Of a DNA stretch of 64,000 nt, positions 20,706 to 30,491 are shown piece after piece (within the stretch, counting starts at the first letter, position 1; each line of letters begins with the position of its first letter). The translations under genes and the position numbers were made by a program. The stretch is taken from the IMG/VR virus record IMGVR_UViG_3300008262_000055, one strand, 5' to 3'. The notes beneath the pieces are model-generated. The model was given only the letters and a program-made list of their open reading frames with translations, made no database searches and was not told the origin of the DNA. The stretch is from a virus (Duplodnaviria; Caudoviricetes).

Positions 20706-23700
20706 TTAACCAAGTAGGATGGCGTAGATCTCATTTAGCTCTTGTATTTCTGCTAAAGTAGCGTTTGTTGATGTACCTGCTAGAGTAGAGGTATTGAATC
20801 GAATATCACCAACTTCGGGCATTGCTGGTCGACTATCAGAATCGCCGGTGGGTATTACTAGTGCTGTGGTTGTGTTAAATTTAATGTATCCAGATCCGGT
20901 ATTTTGTAAAACCATATTTTCTGTAGGATCTGTATTAGTTAATGTAGTACCGGTAAACAGAATATCACCCATAACAACATTTAGGGTATCTGGTATGAAT
21001 TTTGAAATAGTGGTTGAGGTATGTAGATATAGATCAGTCGACGATGCTCTTTGATAAATGCCTTCAGTGTATGATAAAGAACTAGGATAGTCAATGACAA
21101 AAGTCATTGTTGTAACATCCCAGGCTGTGCCTAGAGTATAGTTTCTTATAAATGTGTTTGATCCGTTGCTTATAATGGCCCAAAATGCTGTTCCGTCATC
21201 GTTAAACGCTTGTCCTTTAGCATAATATCCTGTAGGAAGTGAGAAAGTATATGTGGTTGGCCCAGTCATGCCAACTATTGTCCAAGCTGTCGCACAGGTG
21301 TATACCTGAAATGATACTTGACTTACCGCAGTGTTCCGATTTATTTCATAAAATTTTGTTCCGTCAGCATTGAACCAAGGTTGAGATAACGCAATTATTC
21401 CGATATTTACTTTATTGATATGGCTAGCCGTTGTTATATCCCAAGGGGTTGATAAACTATATTCAAAAACAAAAACATTAAGATTAAGAAATCCACCACC
21501 ATTGCCCATAACCCAAAATTTTGTGCCATCGTATTTAAAATAGGGCCCTGTATTGTTTAACGTTCCCATACCGCCAACGGTTATAGCATTTAGATCTTGA
21601 ATTGAAAAGGTTGTATGATCTCCAATTGACGAAATATCCCATGGTGTTGATAAGGGATAAGAAACCACATTGCGATTGTTATAAGAAAATGCCACAGTTC
21701 CGTCAGGTTTAAAAAATATTCCTCTTAGAGTTCTTGCGGTAGCCGGAGCACTTAACATTTGTCCGGACGAGTCTATACTGTAGACTATATCCCCATTAAT
21801 GCCGCCCGGTGTTAAATTTATGTCACTGTTGCTGATGCTAGAAATAGTGTTACCACTGAATAGCAACGACCCTGTTAATAGTGCTGTAAGATTAACTGTA
21901 GAACTGTTAATACTCATCCTAGAAACATTGTTTACTCTAAAATCTAAAACATCAGTATCTAATGCTCTTACAGAAGTAGCACGATTTCTAGAAAAAATAC
22001 CCCCGTAAGTTATAGCACCGTTGTTAGTCCAACCTTCAAATCTAGATACAGAGGTATTAAATCTTAATTCTCCTGTTAGACCGGTTAATTTATTGAGACT
22101 GGTCCCTGTAGGTAATTTAACAGCATCGGTCTTATCAAAGTCTACTATTCTGCCAGTAAACGGAACCACATTCAAATTAGCATTAGTATCTACCGTAGAT
22201 ATGATATTGTTTAAGATACTGGTTTTTTCTAATATAACTCTACCAGTGCCTGACCCTAATAGATGTAAATTACTGTTTGATAGTGTGGTCTCTATAAAAT
22301 TATCTTTGATACGGATGTCGTCGTTAAACAATGTATCTGTGAGTATAGTTGTACCCGTAATGTTCCTAGAAAATATATCGCCAGCAACTGACAAATTCTG
22401 ACTCAGTAAAGCAGAATCATTTAGCAAGATTTTAGCAGAGCCTTGGGCTCTAAGATCAATATTGCTGTTTGAGGTAGTAGTGGCAATTCTAAAATCAATA
22501 AAGTTATAATCTTCAAATAGAGCTTGACCGTTGGTTGTTAAATTACCGGTTAGATTATATTCCCCTGCTAGATTATATGCTCCAGTATGTTGTTTTGTTC
22601 CGGTTAATCCAAATATGCCATCAATAGCCGTAGCTGTAAAAGTAGAATTGCCAGTTAAGTTTAATTGTCCTGTAGCAATTTCTAGTGTAGGTTGTACAGT
22701 CACTCTTCCGGTACCGTGTGCAGCTAACTCTAGATCTGTGTTTGAAGTAATTGTTTCTATGTAATTGTTTTGGATTCTGATCTGATCAGTTTCATAGATA
22801 TCGCTGGCTACGTCATTAGGGAATGTTATGTTCTGTACAGCTATGTAAGCGTCATTTACAGTGAGATCATTTTCTATAACTACATTAGCATTCGGTATTA
22901 CAATATTGCCGATCCCGCCCGATGCTATTAATTCTAAATCTGAATTTGAACTAGTAGTAGCAACCGTATTTCCAGATATAATTACATCGCCGTTGGTAAA
23001 CTGATCTGCTATCAAATCCCCTGTAATACTCACATCGCCAGTCTGGATAATGTTTCCAGTTTGGTTTAACTGTCCTACTAATACTAGATCTGTTATCTGA
23101 GTATTCAGTAATGTCGATGTTCCAGAAATGGTAAGGTTATTGTCAATTTCAAAATTGTCAGTGATATTAACTTGACCAGTACCGTTAGCACGTAATTCAA
23201 GATCAGCGTTAGATACTGTGGTTGTAATAAAATTTTCTTGTACAAGAATATCATCGACAAAAATTGATAATCCTGTCGCCTGCGTTCTAACAGTTAGATC
23301 ATCAGAAATTAACTCGCCTTGTATTTCTAAATTGTTTTCAATTATTAGGTCGTCATTGAATACGACAAGTCTAGCTGGTTGTGCCAATAATTCAATATTT
23401 GTGTTAGATGATAATCTATTTCCTTCTATTCTTAGATTTTGATATTGGCCGGTTCCTGATACTGATAAAAATCCCTGTATTGTAGTAGCACCCGTAATAT
23501 CAGCATTGCCTATTCTTACTAGATCGTTAGTGTGTGTTACCGTAGCTGATATGTTTAAATCTAATAAGTTGCTAGATCCCAAAACTGAAAGATATGTATC
23601 AGCAATTAAATCAGTGTCTACTATGTTTAATAATCCAACAGGGTCTAATACTAAATTAGTGTTTAAATTATTAGATTCTATCGCATTACCTGTGACGGTA

Positions 23701-26700
23701 ACACCGTTTAAAATCATAGCAGACGATGTTACTTGATATGCTATAGATGCTAGATTAGTTGAAATTGTATTTTGTACTGATACATTATTGTCTACAAGAA
23801 CATTTTCCTGTAACAAAACTTTTCCCAAACCTGCTGCTTGTAATAATAAATCATTATTAGCTAGTGTGGTTGATATTACGTTGCCTTGAATAGAGATATC
23901 TTCAAATTCTATGTAATTAACATTTAAATTATTAGATATAGCAAGATTGCCAGTAATTGCAGCGTTGCCGGATAATATGATCTCGCTAGTGCTGTTTATA
24001 GAATCAACTGTAATTGATTTTAAATTTGTTGTTCCGTTTACGGTTAAATCTTGATCTATTAGTAGACTATCAGTTTTTACTTTTCCTGTGCCGTCGGCAT
24101 TTACTATTAAATCTTGTGCGGGTGTTTCTATTACGTTTCCGTATATTTTAACTCCCGCATCAAAAATATCTGATGTTATCTGAGAGAGTTGTACGTTAGA
24201 CGAATTAATATTGTTGTATATTAAATTTTGATCTATTTGTACATCGTTAATAGGCACATAGATATTTCCAGTGCCGTTAGCACGTAATTCAAGATCTGAA
24301 TTTGATTGTGCTGTAGATATTACATTACTATCAACAGATATGTCGCCAAAACTTAAACTAGGAACTGATAATGCGAGGTTGTTAGATAACTGATAATCGC
24401 CACTCACTGTTGTATTGCCTGTGAGTATTTGATTTCCAGTTTGTGTAAATGCTCCTAAGATATTTGTATCTTTGAGATTTAAAATATTAACAGCATCAAA
24501 CCCTGTCTCTACTTGTAATGCGTCAAAGATAACTTTTCCTGTGCCTGCGGCATATAATTCTAAATCACTGTTACTAGATTTAGTATAAATTTTATTGTCG
24601 TCAAATACAATCTCACCAAAATCGGCTTTACCTAACCAGATAGAATTCCAAGTTAGTACTGACGAGCCTAATGAAGAAACATTAGGATATTTAGGAATAA
24701 TATCACTATCAACCTCGCTGGCAAATGTTACAGTATCTATAGCACCAGCATTACCAATGTTGATAGTACCATCTATGCTAAGATTTCCTGTTAGATCTAG
24801 GTTACCTGCGATATTACTAGTTTGTAGTGTTTGCGGAGCTACCGCAGATTTAATGTTTAAGTCGCCTGTAGCAGTTGATAATAAATTACCCTGAAATATA
24901 ACGTCACCGGTTTCAATTTTTTCAGCATTTAAAATTGTTATATCAGTGCCATCTGAGAAAATAATTTCATTAATACCGCTGACACTTTGTCCAATACCAT
25001 TAAATGTTACAAGTCCGGTTTCTTGGTCTACAAAAAATGCTTCGCCTACACGGAAATTGCCATTATGGTCATCACTTTGCCAGTATATTCTAGCATTGTT
25101 TAGGGTAACAGTTTCATTGACTTGTATAACTGTAGTAGGATCATTTGTGACATTAGTACCTGTGCCAATGTAGGCAAAGTTATGATTAATCAGATACATC
25201 AATACACTGTCGCCGTCGCCCTCGGCACCAACGTTGCCATACACATTAGCAGAGCCAATACTCCTTAATTCTGCTCCATAGATTGTAGTAGATCCGTCTG
25301 AGCTTAATCTTCCTAGACTACCGTTAGTAGCATACAGACCTTTACTGGCAAAATATGTAAATGAATTTAACCACTCGACTCTAACACCGTTAGTCATGTA
25401 TAGTCCAACAGAGTTAGGAACTATAAATGTCACAGAATGGAATAACATGCTGGCTGTTATTGACTGCGGCACTACAGCACTACCATCAACTAAAGCACCT
25501 CTACCAGCGGGTGCTGCGGCAGATCCTGTAGGAGATGAAAATATCGGAATACCAACACCGCCAACTAGTGATGTAGTTACATAAATTCTCCACTGATTAG
25601 TATTAATTGGGTCTTCAATTATATAATCAACAATGTATATTGTGCCTGCTACATTAATAGTCCACCCTGCTTCTACAGTAGTTTCAAAGTTAGCCGGTAA
25701 ATTAGTTTTGAAATATGCTACCCATTTTTCACCAACTGAACTTCCTGAGGTATCCCAAATATCGTTTGTAATGATCTGTGTTGTTCCAACATCTGGATAG
25801 AAGCTAATAGGTTTAAGCTGACCGGCTGGATTAAAAGTTGTATCAACGGTCATTCTCCACTCTGTTGGAGATAAAGGTTCGGTGGCAATTGATATAACTG
25901 TGTAGAATAGAGGAGGATTAGGATACCTATCAATAACTGCGGTTTGACCTACTAGCGAATCTACAAGAGCTTGGCTGTAAAATGTTTTAGATAAAGTTAC
26001 ACTATCACTAGTCAATGACACGCCAGTGGGTGCTGGGCCAACTGTGATATTAGTAGGTGTTAATGTTCCGGTAACTTCTTGTGTTATAACAGTTATGTTT
26101 TGTACATATGGCGATCTTTCAGAAGCATCATATCCATCAGCAAATCTAAAACCGTACCCTTCGTTGGTTGTTTCGTTATAAAAGAAATCTCTTACTGTGA
26201 GATTTGAAACAGTTGATCCAGCATTAAGTAAAAAACAATCTTTAAACTCACTGCTAGAGTCTGGTTCAACAATTACAGTTCTAATGTCTGTACCGTTGAC
26301 TGTAACACCGGCTGGCACTTCTAACGGAAATGTTTCTTGATATACTCCTGGATAGATAGTAACCGTGTCACCGTTGGTGGCAAAACTTAAAGCATGTTTG
26401 ATAGTTCTAAATCCGCCGAGCTGATGAGTACCGTCATTCCATATACCACTGTCTTCACCTAATGTACTAACGTAATATGAATTTCCCGGTCTAAGAGCTA
26501 CGTTAGGATTAATATTAGCTACAGAAGTAATATCTTCAGTGATTAAGAATTCGCCGTTGATTAACTCAGTGTGTAATTCATTCCATTTTGTATCTGAAGA
26601 ACCAATGCTATAAACTTCATTCAACGTAGGTATTAGGTCGCCTATTATTTCTGCGGTAAATGCTAAGGTGTCAAGGGTATTATTATCACCGAATGTAATA

Positions 26701-27176
26701 TTGCTCTTTAATGTTAACCCGTCATTTCCTTCTATGTTTCCCGCAATCGTAGCATTTCCGTCAAGTAATACTATACCTGTACCGTGAGGCGATAGCTCTA
26801 TATTTTCATTGCTAATAACGCCTTGAATATAGTTGTCATTGAAAATTAAACTGGGAGTTTCTAAAATGTCAGCAAACAAAGTGCCTGTGGCATTTATAGT
26901 TACATTGCCGGTATAGCTGGTTATAGTTCCAGTATCTCCGTCAAGGTAGAGATTAGTTAACTGTGCATCATTATCAACTATTAACCCTACAGTGGATATA
27001 GTTCCGTCAACTGTAAGTTCTCTAGGCATAGCATTGGTATTGATACCAAGCCTGCGTGAATTTACATCGAGATAGAGATTGTTATCTCCAAACTGATTTT
27101 CAAAGACAAGGTCCACTCCCAACCGTTCAAGGTTGGCCTTAAGCATTGGACCGGAAATTCTACCTAGATCTGCCAA
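20706..27176 (-). CDS. Giant fibre protein, paralogue of 14251..20586, with C-terminal LSTPWD-repeat propeller insert
   Basis: 2156 aa with a TTG start after AAGGGG. N-terminus LGRISGPMLKANL matches the paralogue. About 13 SNSDLEL..GTG repeats and four F..DGT...Y.LST(P/A)WD repeats at ~21000-21790. Confidence 0.7.
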   Translation of the reverse strand: MADLGRISGPMLKANLERLGVDLVFENQFGDNNLYLDVNSRRLGINTNAMPRELTVDGTISTVGLIVDNDAQLTNLYLDGDTGTITSYTGNVTINATGTLFADILETPSLIFNDNYIQGVISNENIELSPHGTGIVLLDGNATIAGNIEGNDGLTLKSNITFGDNNTLDTLAFTAEIIGDLIPTLNEVYSIGSSDTKWNELHTELINGEFLITEDITSVANINPNVALRPGNSYYVSTLGEDSGIWNDGTHQLGGFRTIKHALSFATNGDTVTIYPGVYQETFPLEVPAGVTVNGTDIRTVIVEPDSSSEFKDCFLLNAGSTVSNLTVRDFFYNETTNEGYGFRFADGYDASERSPYVQNITVITQEVTGTLTPTNITVGPAPTGVSLTSDSVTLSKTFYSQALVDSLVGQTAVIDRYPNPPLFYTVISIATEPLSPTEWRMTVDTTFNPAGQLKPISFYPDVGTTQIITNDIWDTSGSSVGEKWVAYFKTNLPANFETTVEAGWTINVAGTIYIVDYIIEDPINTNQWRIYVTTSLVGGVGIPIFSSPTGSAAAPAGRGALVDGSAVVPQSITASMLFHSVTFIVPNSVGLYMTNGVRVEWLNSFTYFASKGLYATNGSLGRLSSDGSTTIYGAELRSIGSANVYGNVGAEGDGDSVLMYLINHNFAYIGTGTNVTNDPTTVIQVNETVTLNNARIYWQSDDHNGNFRVGEAFFVDQETGLVTFNGIGQSVSGINEIIFSDGTDITILNAEKIETGDVIFQGNLLSTATGDLNIKSAVAPQTLQTSNIAGNLDLTGNLSIDGTINIGNAGAIDTVTFASEVDSDIIPKYPNVSSLGSSVLTWNSIWLGKADFGEIVFDDNKIYTKSSNSDLELYAAGTGKVIFDALQVETGFDAVNILNLKDTNILGAFTQTGNQILTGNTTVSGDYQLSNNLALSVPSLSFGDISVDSNVISTAQSNSDLELRANGTGNIYVPINDVQIDQNLIYNNINSSNVQLSQITSDIFDAGVKIYGNVIETPAQDLIVNADGTGKVKTDSLLIDQDLTVNGTTNLKSITVDSINSTSEIILSGNAAITGNLAISNNLNVNYIEFEDISIQGNVISTTLANNDLLLQAAGLGKVLLQENVLVDNNVSVQNTISTNLASIAYQVTSSAMILNGVTVTGNAIESNNLNTNLVLDPVGLLNIVDTDLIADTYLSVLGSSNLLDLNISATVTHTNDLVRIGNADITGATTIQGFLSVSGTGQYQNLRIEGNRLSSNTNIELLAQPARLVVFNDDLIIENNLEIQGELISDDLTVRTQATGLSIFVDDILVQENFITTTVSNADLELRANGTGQVNITDNFEIDNNLTISGTSTLLNTQITDLVLVGQLNQTGNIIQTGDVSITGDLIADQFTNGDVIISGNTVATTSSNSDLELIASGGIGNIVIPNANVVIENDLTVNDAYIAVQNITFPNDVASDIYETDQIRIQNNYIETITSNTDLELAAHGTGRVTVQPTLEIATGQLNLTGNSTFTATAIDGIFGLTGTKQHTGAYNLAGEYNLTGNLTTNGQALFEDYNFIDFRIATTTSNSNIDLRAQGSAKILLNDSALLSQNLSVAGDIFSRNITGTTILTDTLFNDDIRIKDNFIETTLSNSNLHLLGSGTGRVILEKTSILNNIISTVDTNANLNVVPFTGRIVDFDKTDAVKLPTGTSLNKLTGLTGELRFNTSVSRFEGWTNNGAITYGGIFSRNRATSVRALDTDVLDFRVNNVSRMSINSSTVNLTALLTGSLLFSGNTISSISNSDINLTPGGINGDIVYSIDSSGQMLSAPATARTLRGIFFKPDGTVAFSYNNRNVVSYPLSTPWDISSIGDHTTFSIQDLNAITVGGMGTLNNTGPYFKYDGTKFWVMGNGGGFLNLNVFVFEYSLSTPWDITTASHINKVNIGIIALSQPWFNADGTKFYEINRNTAVSQVSFQVYTCATAWTIVGMTGPTTYTFSLPTGYYAKGQAFNDDGTAFWAIISNGSNTFIRNYTLGTAWDVTTMTFVIDYPSSLSYTEGIYQRASSTDLYLHTSTTISKFIPDTLNVVMGDILFTGTTLTNTDPTENMVLQNTGSGYIKFNTTTALVIPTGDSDSRPAMPEVGDIRFNTSTLAGTSTNATLAEIQELNEIYAILLG

Positions 27177-27194
27177 AATACGCCCCTTATTTGA

Positions 27195-27201
27195 TATTTA
27201 T
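27195..27201 (-). promoter_or_regulatory. T4-type late promoter
   Basis: ATAAATA in the gap upstream of the 2156-aa gene. Confidence 0.65.
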
Positions 27202-27217
27202 CGGAGCGATTGAGTGA

Positions 27218-28066
27218 TTATTGATCGTACCCGAAATAAACAATAACTGGTTTTGTGTCAGGTACTGCTGAAAGAAATTTAATATGCCAACCTGGTTTAG
27301 CAATCTTTACATTGTATGTACTAGGCCCAGTTTCGCCCGTAACTGTAACGGTTGGAGTGCTAGCACCTGTGTAACCAGTTCCCGGATTTGTAATATTAAT
27401 TTCTGTAATAGCACCAGTGCCGTCTGTAGTTCCTAACCCTGTTGCTGTTACACCCGTTACATCCGGAGCACTAAAAACTACAGGAATAGTTGTACTGCTT
27501 GGAGTTAAGCCTGTGCCGCCCGTAACTACTTCTACACCAACAACAATTCCGTCTGATTCTATTAAATCGAAGTTTGTACCCGAAACCTGAAATACGTTTT
27601 CTACAATGACTATCATGTTGTCAACGTAATCTAAAGGGTCGTGTCCTTGTTCTAACCCTGGAACATAGTCTAAAGGATCTCCGCTAATAGGAAACCATTT
27701 GCTGATATCTTCATTAGGTTGTAAAACTGCATCCCAGTTGCCTACTCCAAGTTCTTCTTTACGCACCCGGGCTGGTCCTGACATTCTTAATGGATACCAC
27801 TGTCCTTCGTAATACATTTCAAATCCTACTGGTCTAGTAGGATCCCAATAAACAGCAGTATCAGCGATCTCGTGGCCGCTGTTGGCATCTGTGTTATAGC
27901 GTATCATACCTTCTGTGGGGTAGTACGGTCTAAATATCTGTTCTCCAGTGGGCATTTTGATACTGCTTTTAGATTCAATATTAACTTGGTTGGTAGGATA
28001 TTGAATGATAAAAGTTTTATCATTTGGAGTATACTTAGAAAGATTTTGACTTTTAAGATATTTCAT
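27218..28066 (-). CDS. Virion structural protein
   Basis: 282 aa. MPTGEQIFRP...EGMIRYNT motif shared with the giant fibres; ITNPGTGY repeat element. Confidence 0.6.
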   Translation of the reverse strand: MKYLKSQNLSKYTPNDKTFIIQYPTNQVNIESKSSIKMPTGEQIFRPYYPTEGMIRYNTDANSGHEIADTAVYWDPTRPVGFEMYYEGQWYPLRMSGPARVRKEELGVGNWDAVLQPNEDISKWFPISGDPLDYVPGLEQGHDPLDYVDNMIVIVENVFQVSGTNFDLIESDGIVVGVEVVTGGTGLTPSSTTIPVVFSAPDVTGVTATGLGTTDGTGAITEINITNPGTGYTGASTPTVTVTGETGPSTYNVKIAKPGWHIKFLSAVPDTKPVIVYFGYDQ

Positions 28067-28434
28067 ACAGGTAGTACACTCACCGTAGCAACAACTTTGC
28101 TGTTTTCAGAAGCACGGGCACGTATACTGTCGCCGGCACCTAACACAACTCTTTCAGTATCAAAGAATACTGTTTCCCCTGCTGGGATTCTTAAAGATTT
28201 AATAATAGCATTTACCAACGGATCGGCAGCAGCTCCGGACTTTACAAGATACACATCAATATTAGTATCTCCTCCTGCGGCACCGGTACTTAATGCTAGG
28301 GTCGAGTCGTCTGGATCAGCAACGTTACAGAATATCATAGTTGTTACAGCACTTTGAGAATTTAAATCTCCTGGGGTGCCCGGTGCTGTAAAAATTGTTT
28401 CAATGTCAACTGTTAATAATTTATTTTCTATCAT
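28063..28434 (-). CDS. Small beta-sandwich virion protein
   Basis: 123 aa, TIFTAP...AVTTMIFCN pattern like 1629..1949. Starts 9 nt after the 512-aa gene. Confidence 0.6.
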   Translation of the reverse strand: MIENKLLTVDIETIFTAPGTPGDLNSQSAVTTMIFCNVADPDDSTLALSTGAAGGDTNIDVYLVKSGAAADPLVNAIIKSLRIPAGETVFFDTERVVLGAGDSIRARASENSKVVATVSVLPV

Positions 28435-28443
28435 GTTTGATCC

Positions 28444-29982
28444 TTAAAAAAGCATACTCATTACAAGAGCTTTTTGTTTACTTATTAGTTCATTTTTAAC
28501 AGGGTATGTTAAAAGATTAGCAGGAGTGTTTTCTGCCGCTGGGTTATTAGTTACCCATTGATCCCAACTTAGACTTTGTTTTAGATTATTAAAATATAGT
28601 CCAGTGCCACCGGGCGTTGGTCTTACTAATACATCGTCGTTGGGATTTCCGTATACTACTGTTGATCCTGCTACATAATTTAAAGCTACTGTAGGTGTAG
28701 CCTGTGCTTCAAACTGAATACCTCTGTTAATTTCAACTTTACCACTGCCTAATGTTGTAAGTTTAATATTAGTGTCAGTAATTATGTTAGCAATTTCATT
28801 ATCTTCAATTTCAAAATCTTGTATCTTAACTCTATTTTCGTAGAACGTTGAAGATAAAACACCGTCTACCACAACACGAACTTGACTTTCTGTCAGTGAT
28901 GGGTTAGCACCAGCACTAAATGTAATTAACGGAACATAATCGTACTCACCAGGATCATTGACTGTAATAGATGATATGGCTCTGTAACTGGGCGAAAACA
29001 CATCTAAGTCTACTGCGGCTATTGCTGAAGCAGTAAGTACGCCTGCTCCTAGGTCAGTTCCTGGTTGAAAATTAACTGTAACTGTTTCGTAATCGTTACC
29101 AGAATTAGTAATTTCAACTTCTTCTACACCCCATACTACATCAAACTTAGCTCCAAACCCTAAACCGTTGGTACTAGTTGATATGTTATAGATAGATGGC
29201 GGGATTCCAGCAAACAGTCCGCCATCTATAACGGTAAACGTTAATATTCCGCCGCTAACATCAACAGAATCAACACGGATTTTTCCGTCTCTACGAGTCG
29301 ATCCGCCTACTAATAATAATTCATCATTAACTGAGTAATTAGCACCCGGTACTGTTATTTGTGCTAATTGAATAGACATTATAGAGATAGCACTAGCACC
29401 ACCGTCAATGTCTTGAACTATTACATAAGTATCATCTCTTTTAATTTCGTTGTCTGGCTGTCTATTTAAAATAGCTACATCAACGTATTTCTTATTAGGT
29501 ACATCATCGTCTTGCGTAACTTGATTTTCGTAGTTAGTTGTTCCAGCAACAGAAATTACGCCTAATCCAGAACCAATAACAGTAAGATCGCCATTGTCTA
29601 TAAAAGGATTAGTTAAAATTCTTCTTACTTTTAAATTACTATCAGTGTACGATGATAGGCCTCCAGCAACAGTTACAATTTCCCAAGTACCTGCCGCCTC
29701 ATCATACCAAAATGTTGGAAACGGGTTTCTAGTAGAATCGTCGCTGAAACCTCGATCAATTTGTATACCGGCATAACCTTCAGTAACACCATCACCCGTT
29801 TCACCTTTGTTTAAGGTGATGATGTTATCTTCAATATCTAAATTTGTCACATTTACAGTTACATAGTCGCCTTCAACTCGTAAATTTCCAGTGACTAAGA
29901 CTTCATTGGTGTCAAGAGTTATCCTGCCATCAATCTGCGTTTTTATTTTATAATCGCAATTAGTCTGTAAAACCTGTGCCAT
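28444..29982 (-). CDS. Virion structural protein
   Basis: 512 aa. GNLRVEG...LDIEDNIITLNKG...AGIQIDRG domain, ITxxGxxY repeats, hydrophobic C-terminal helix KALVMSMLF. Confidence 0.6.
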   Translation of the reverse strand: MAQVLQTNCDYKIKTQIDGRITLDTNEVLVTGNLRVEGDYVTVNVTNLDIEDNIITLNKGETGDGVTEGYAGIQIDRGFSDDSTRNPFPTFWYDEAAGTWEIVTVAGGLSSYTDSNLKVRRILTNPFIDNGDLTVIGSGLGVISVAGTTNYENQVTQDDDVPNKKYVDVAILNRQPDNEIKRDDTYVIVQDIDGGASAISIMSIQLAQITVPGANYSVNDELLLVGGSTRRDGKIRVDSVDVSGGILTFTVIDGGLFAGIPPSIYNISTSTNGLGFGAKFDVVWGVEEVEITNSGNDYETVTVNFQPGTDLGAGVLTASAIAAVDLDVFSPSYRAISSITVNDPGEYDYVPLITFSAGANPSLTESQVRVVVDGVLSSTFYENRVKIQDFEIEDNEIANIITDTNIKLTTLGSGKVEINRGIQFEAQATPTVALNYVAGSTVVYGNPNDDVLVRPTPGGTGLYFNNLKQSLSWDQWVTNNPAAENTPANLLTYPVKNELISKQKALVMSMLF

Positions 29983-29995
29983 GACGTATCCTAGA

Positions 29996-30403
29996 TTAGA
30001 TAGCGGTTAGTTGGATATAATCGCTAGTAGAATCGTTAACTAAAATCCAAGTATAACGATTATTACTAAAATCAGTAGCTACACGTTTTGTGATCTTAGC
30101 AATTGGAGTTGGAGCAGCAGCGTTACCGCCAATGTATCCGTTTAATCTCATCTCGCCATTACTGTCAGGAATAGCAGACTGTAGTACGCATGGTCCTAAA
30201 ATAGTGCCAGCTTGATTTTTTAGAACAAAAGTTTTAGCACCGCGTTGTTTGTAAATGTATGCGTAATTTGTTGAAGCATTGTACGTAGCATCAGTGTAAG
30301 CTGTGCCGCCTGCGTAGGCTTCAACTCTTACACCTGTGTTAGTAGTTGCTGGGGTACCGATGGCGTCTGTGCCAAGTACATCTTTTCTTAATGGACGTCC
30401 CAT
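29996..30403 (-). CDS. Conserved late protein downstream of major capsid gene (MGRPL N-terminus)
   Basis: 135 aa, strong AAGGAG RBS, own ATAAATA promoter and structured leader. Confidence 0.6.
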   Translation of the reverse strand: MGRPLRKDVLGTDAIGTPATTNTGVRVEAYAGGTAYTDATYNASTNYAYIYKQRGAKTFVLKNQAGTILGPCVLQSAIPDSNGEMRLNGYIGGNAAAPTPIAKITKRVATDFSNNRYTWILVNDSTSDYIQLTAI

Positions 30404-30484
30404 TTGTTTCTCCTTAATTTGACGTTCTAGGTCTACGCTGCGGGTTACAGCATAAGTTACTCTGCGAGTACGCTCTAGATACTT

Positions 30485-30491
30485 TATTTAT
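30485..30491 (-). promoter_or_regulatory. T4-type late promoter
   Basis: ATAAATA ~80 nt upstream of the 135-aa gene. Confidence 0.6.
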
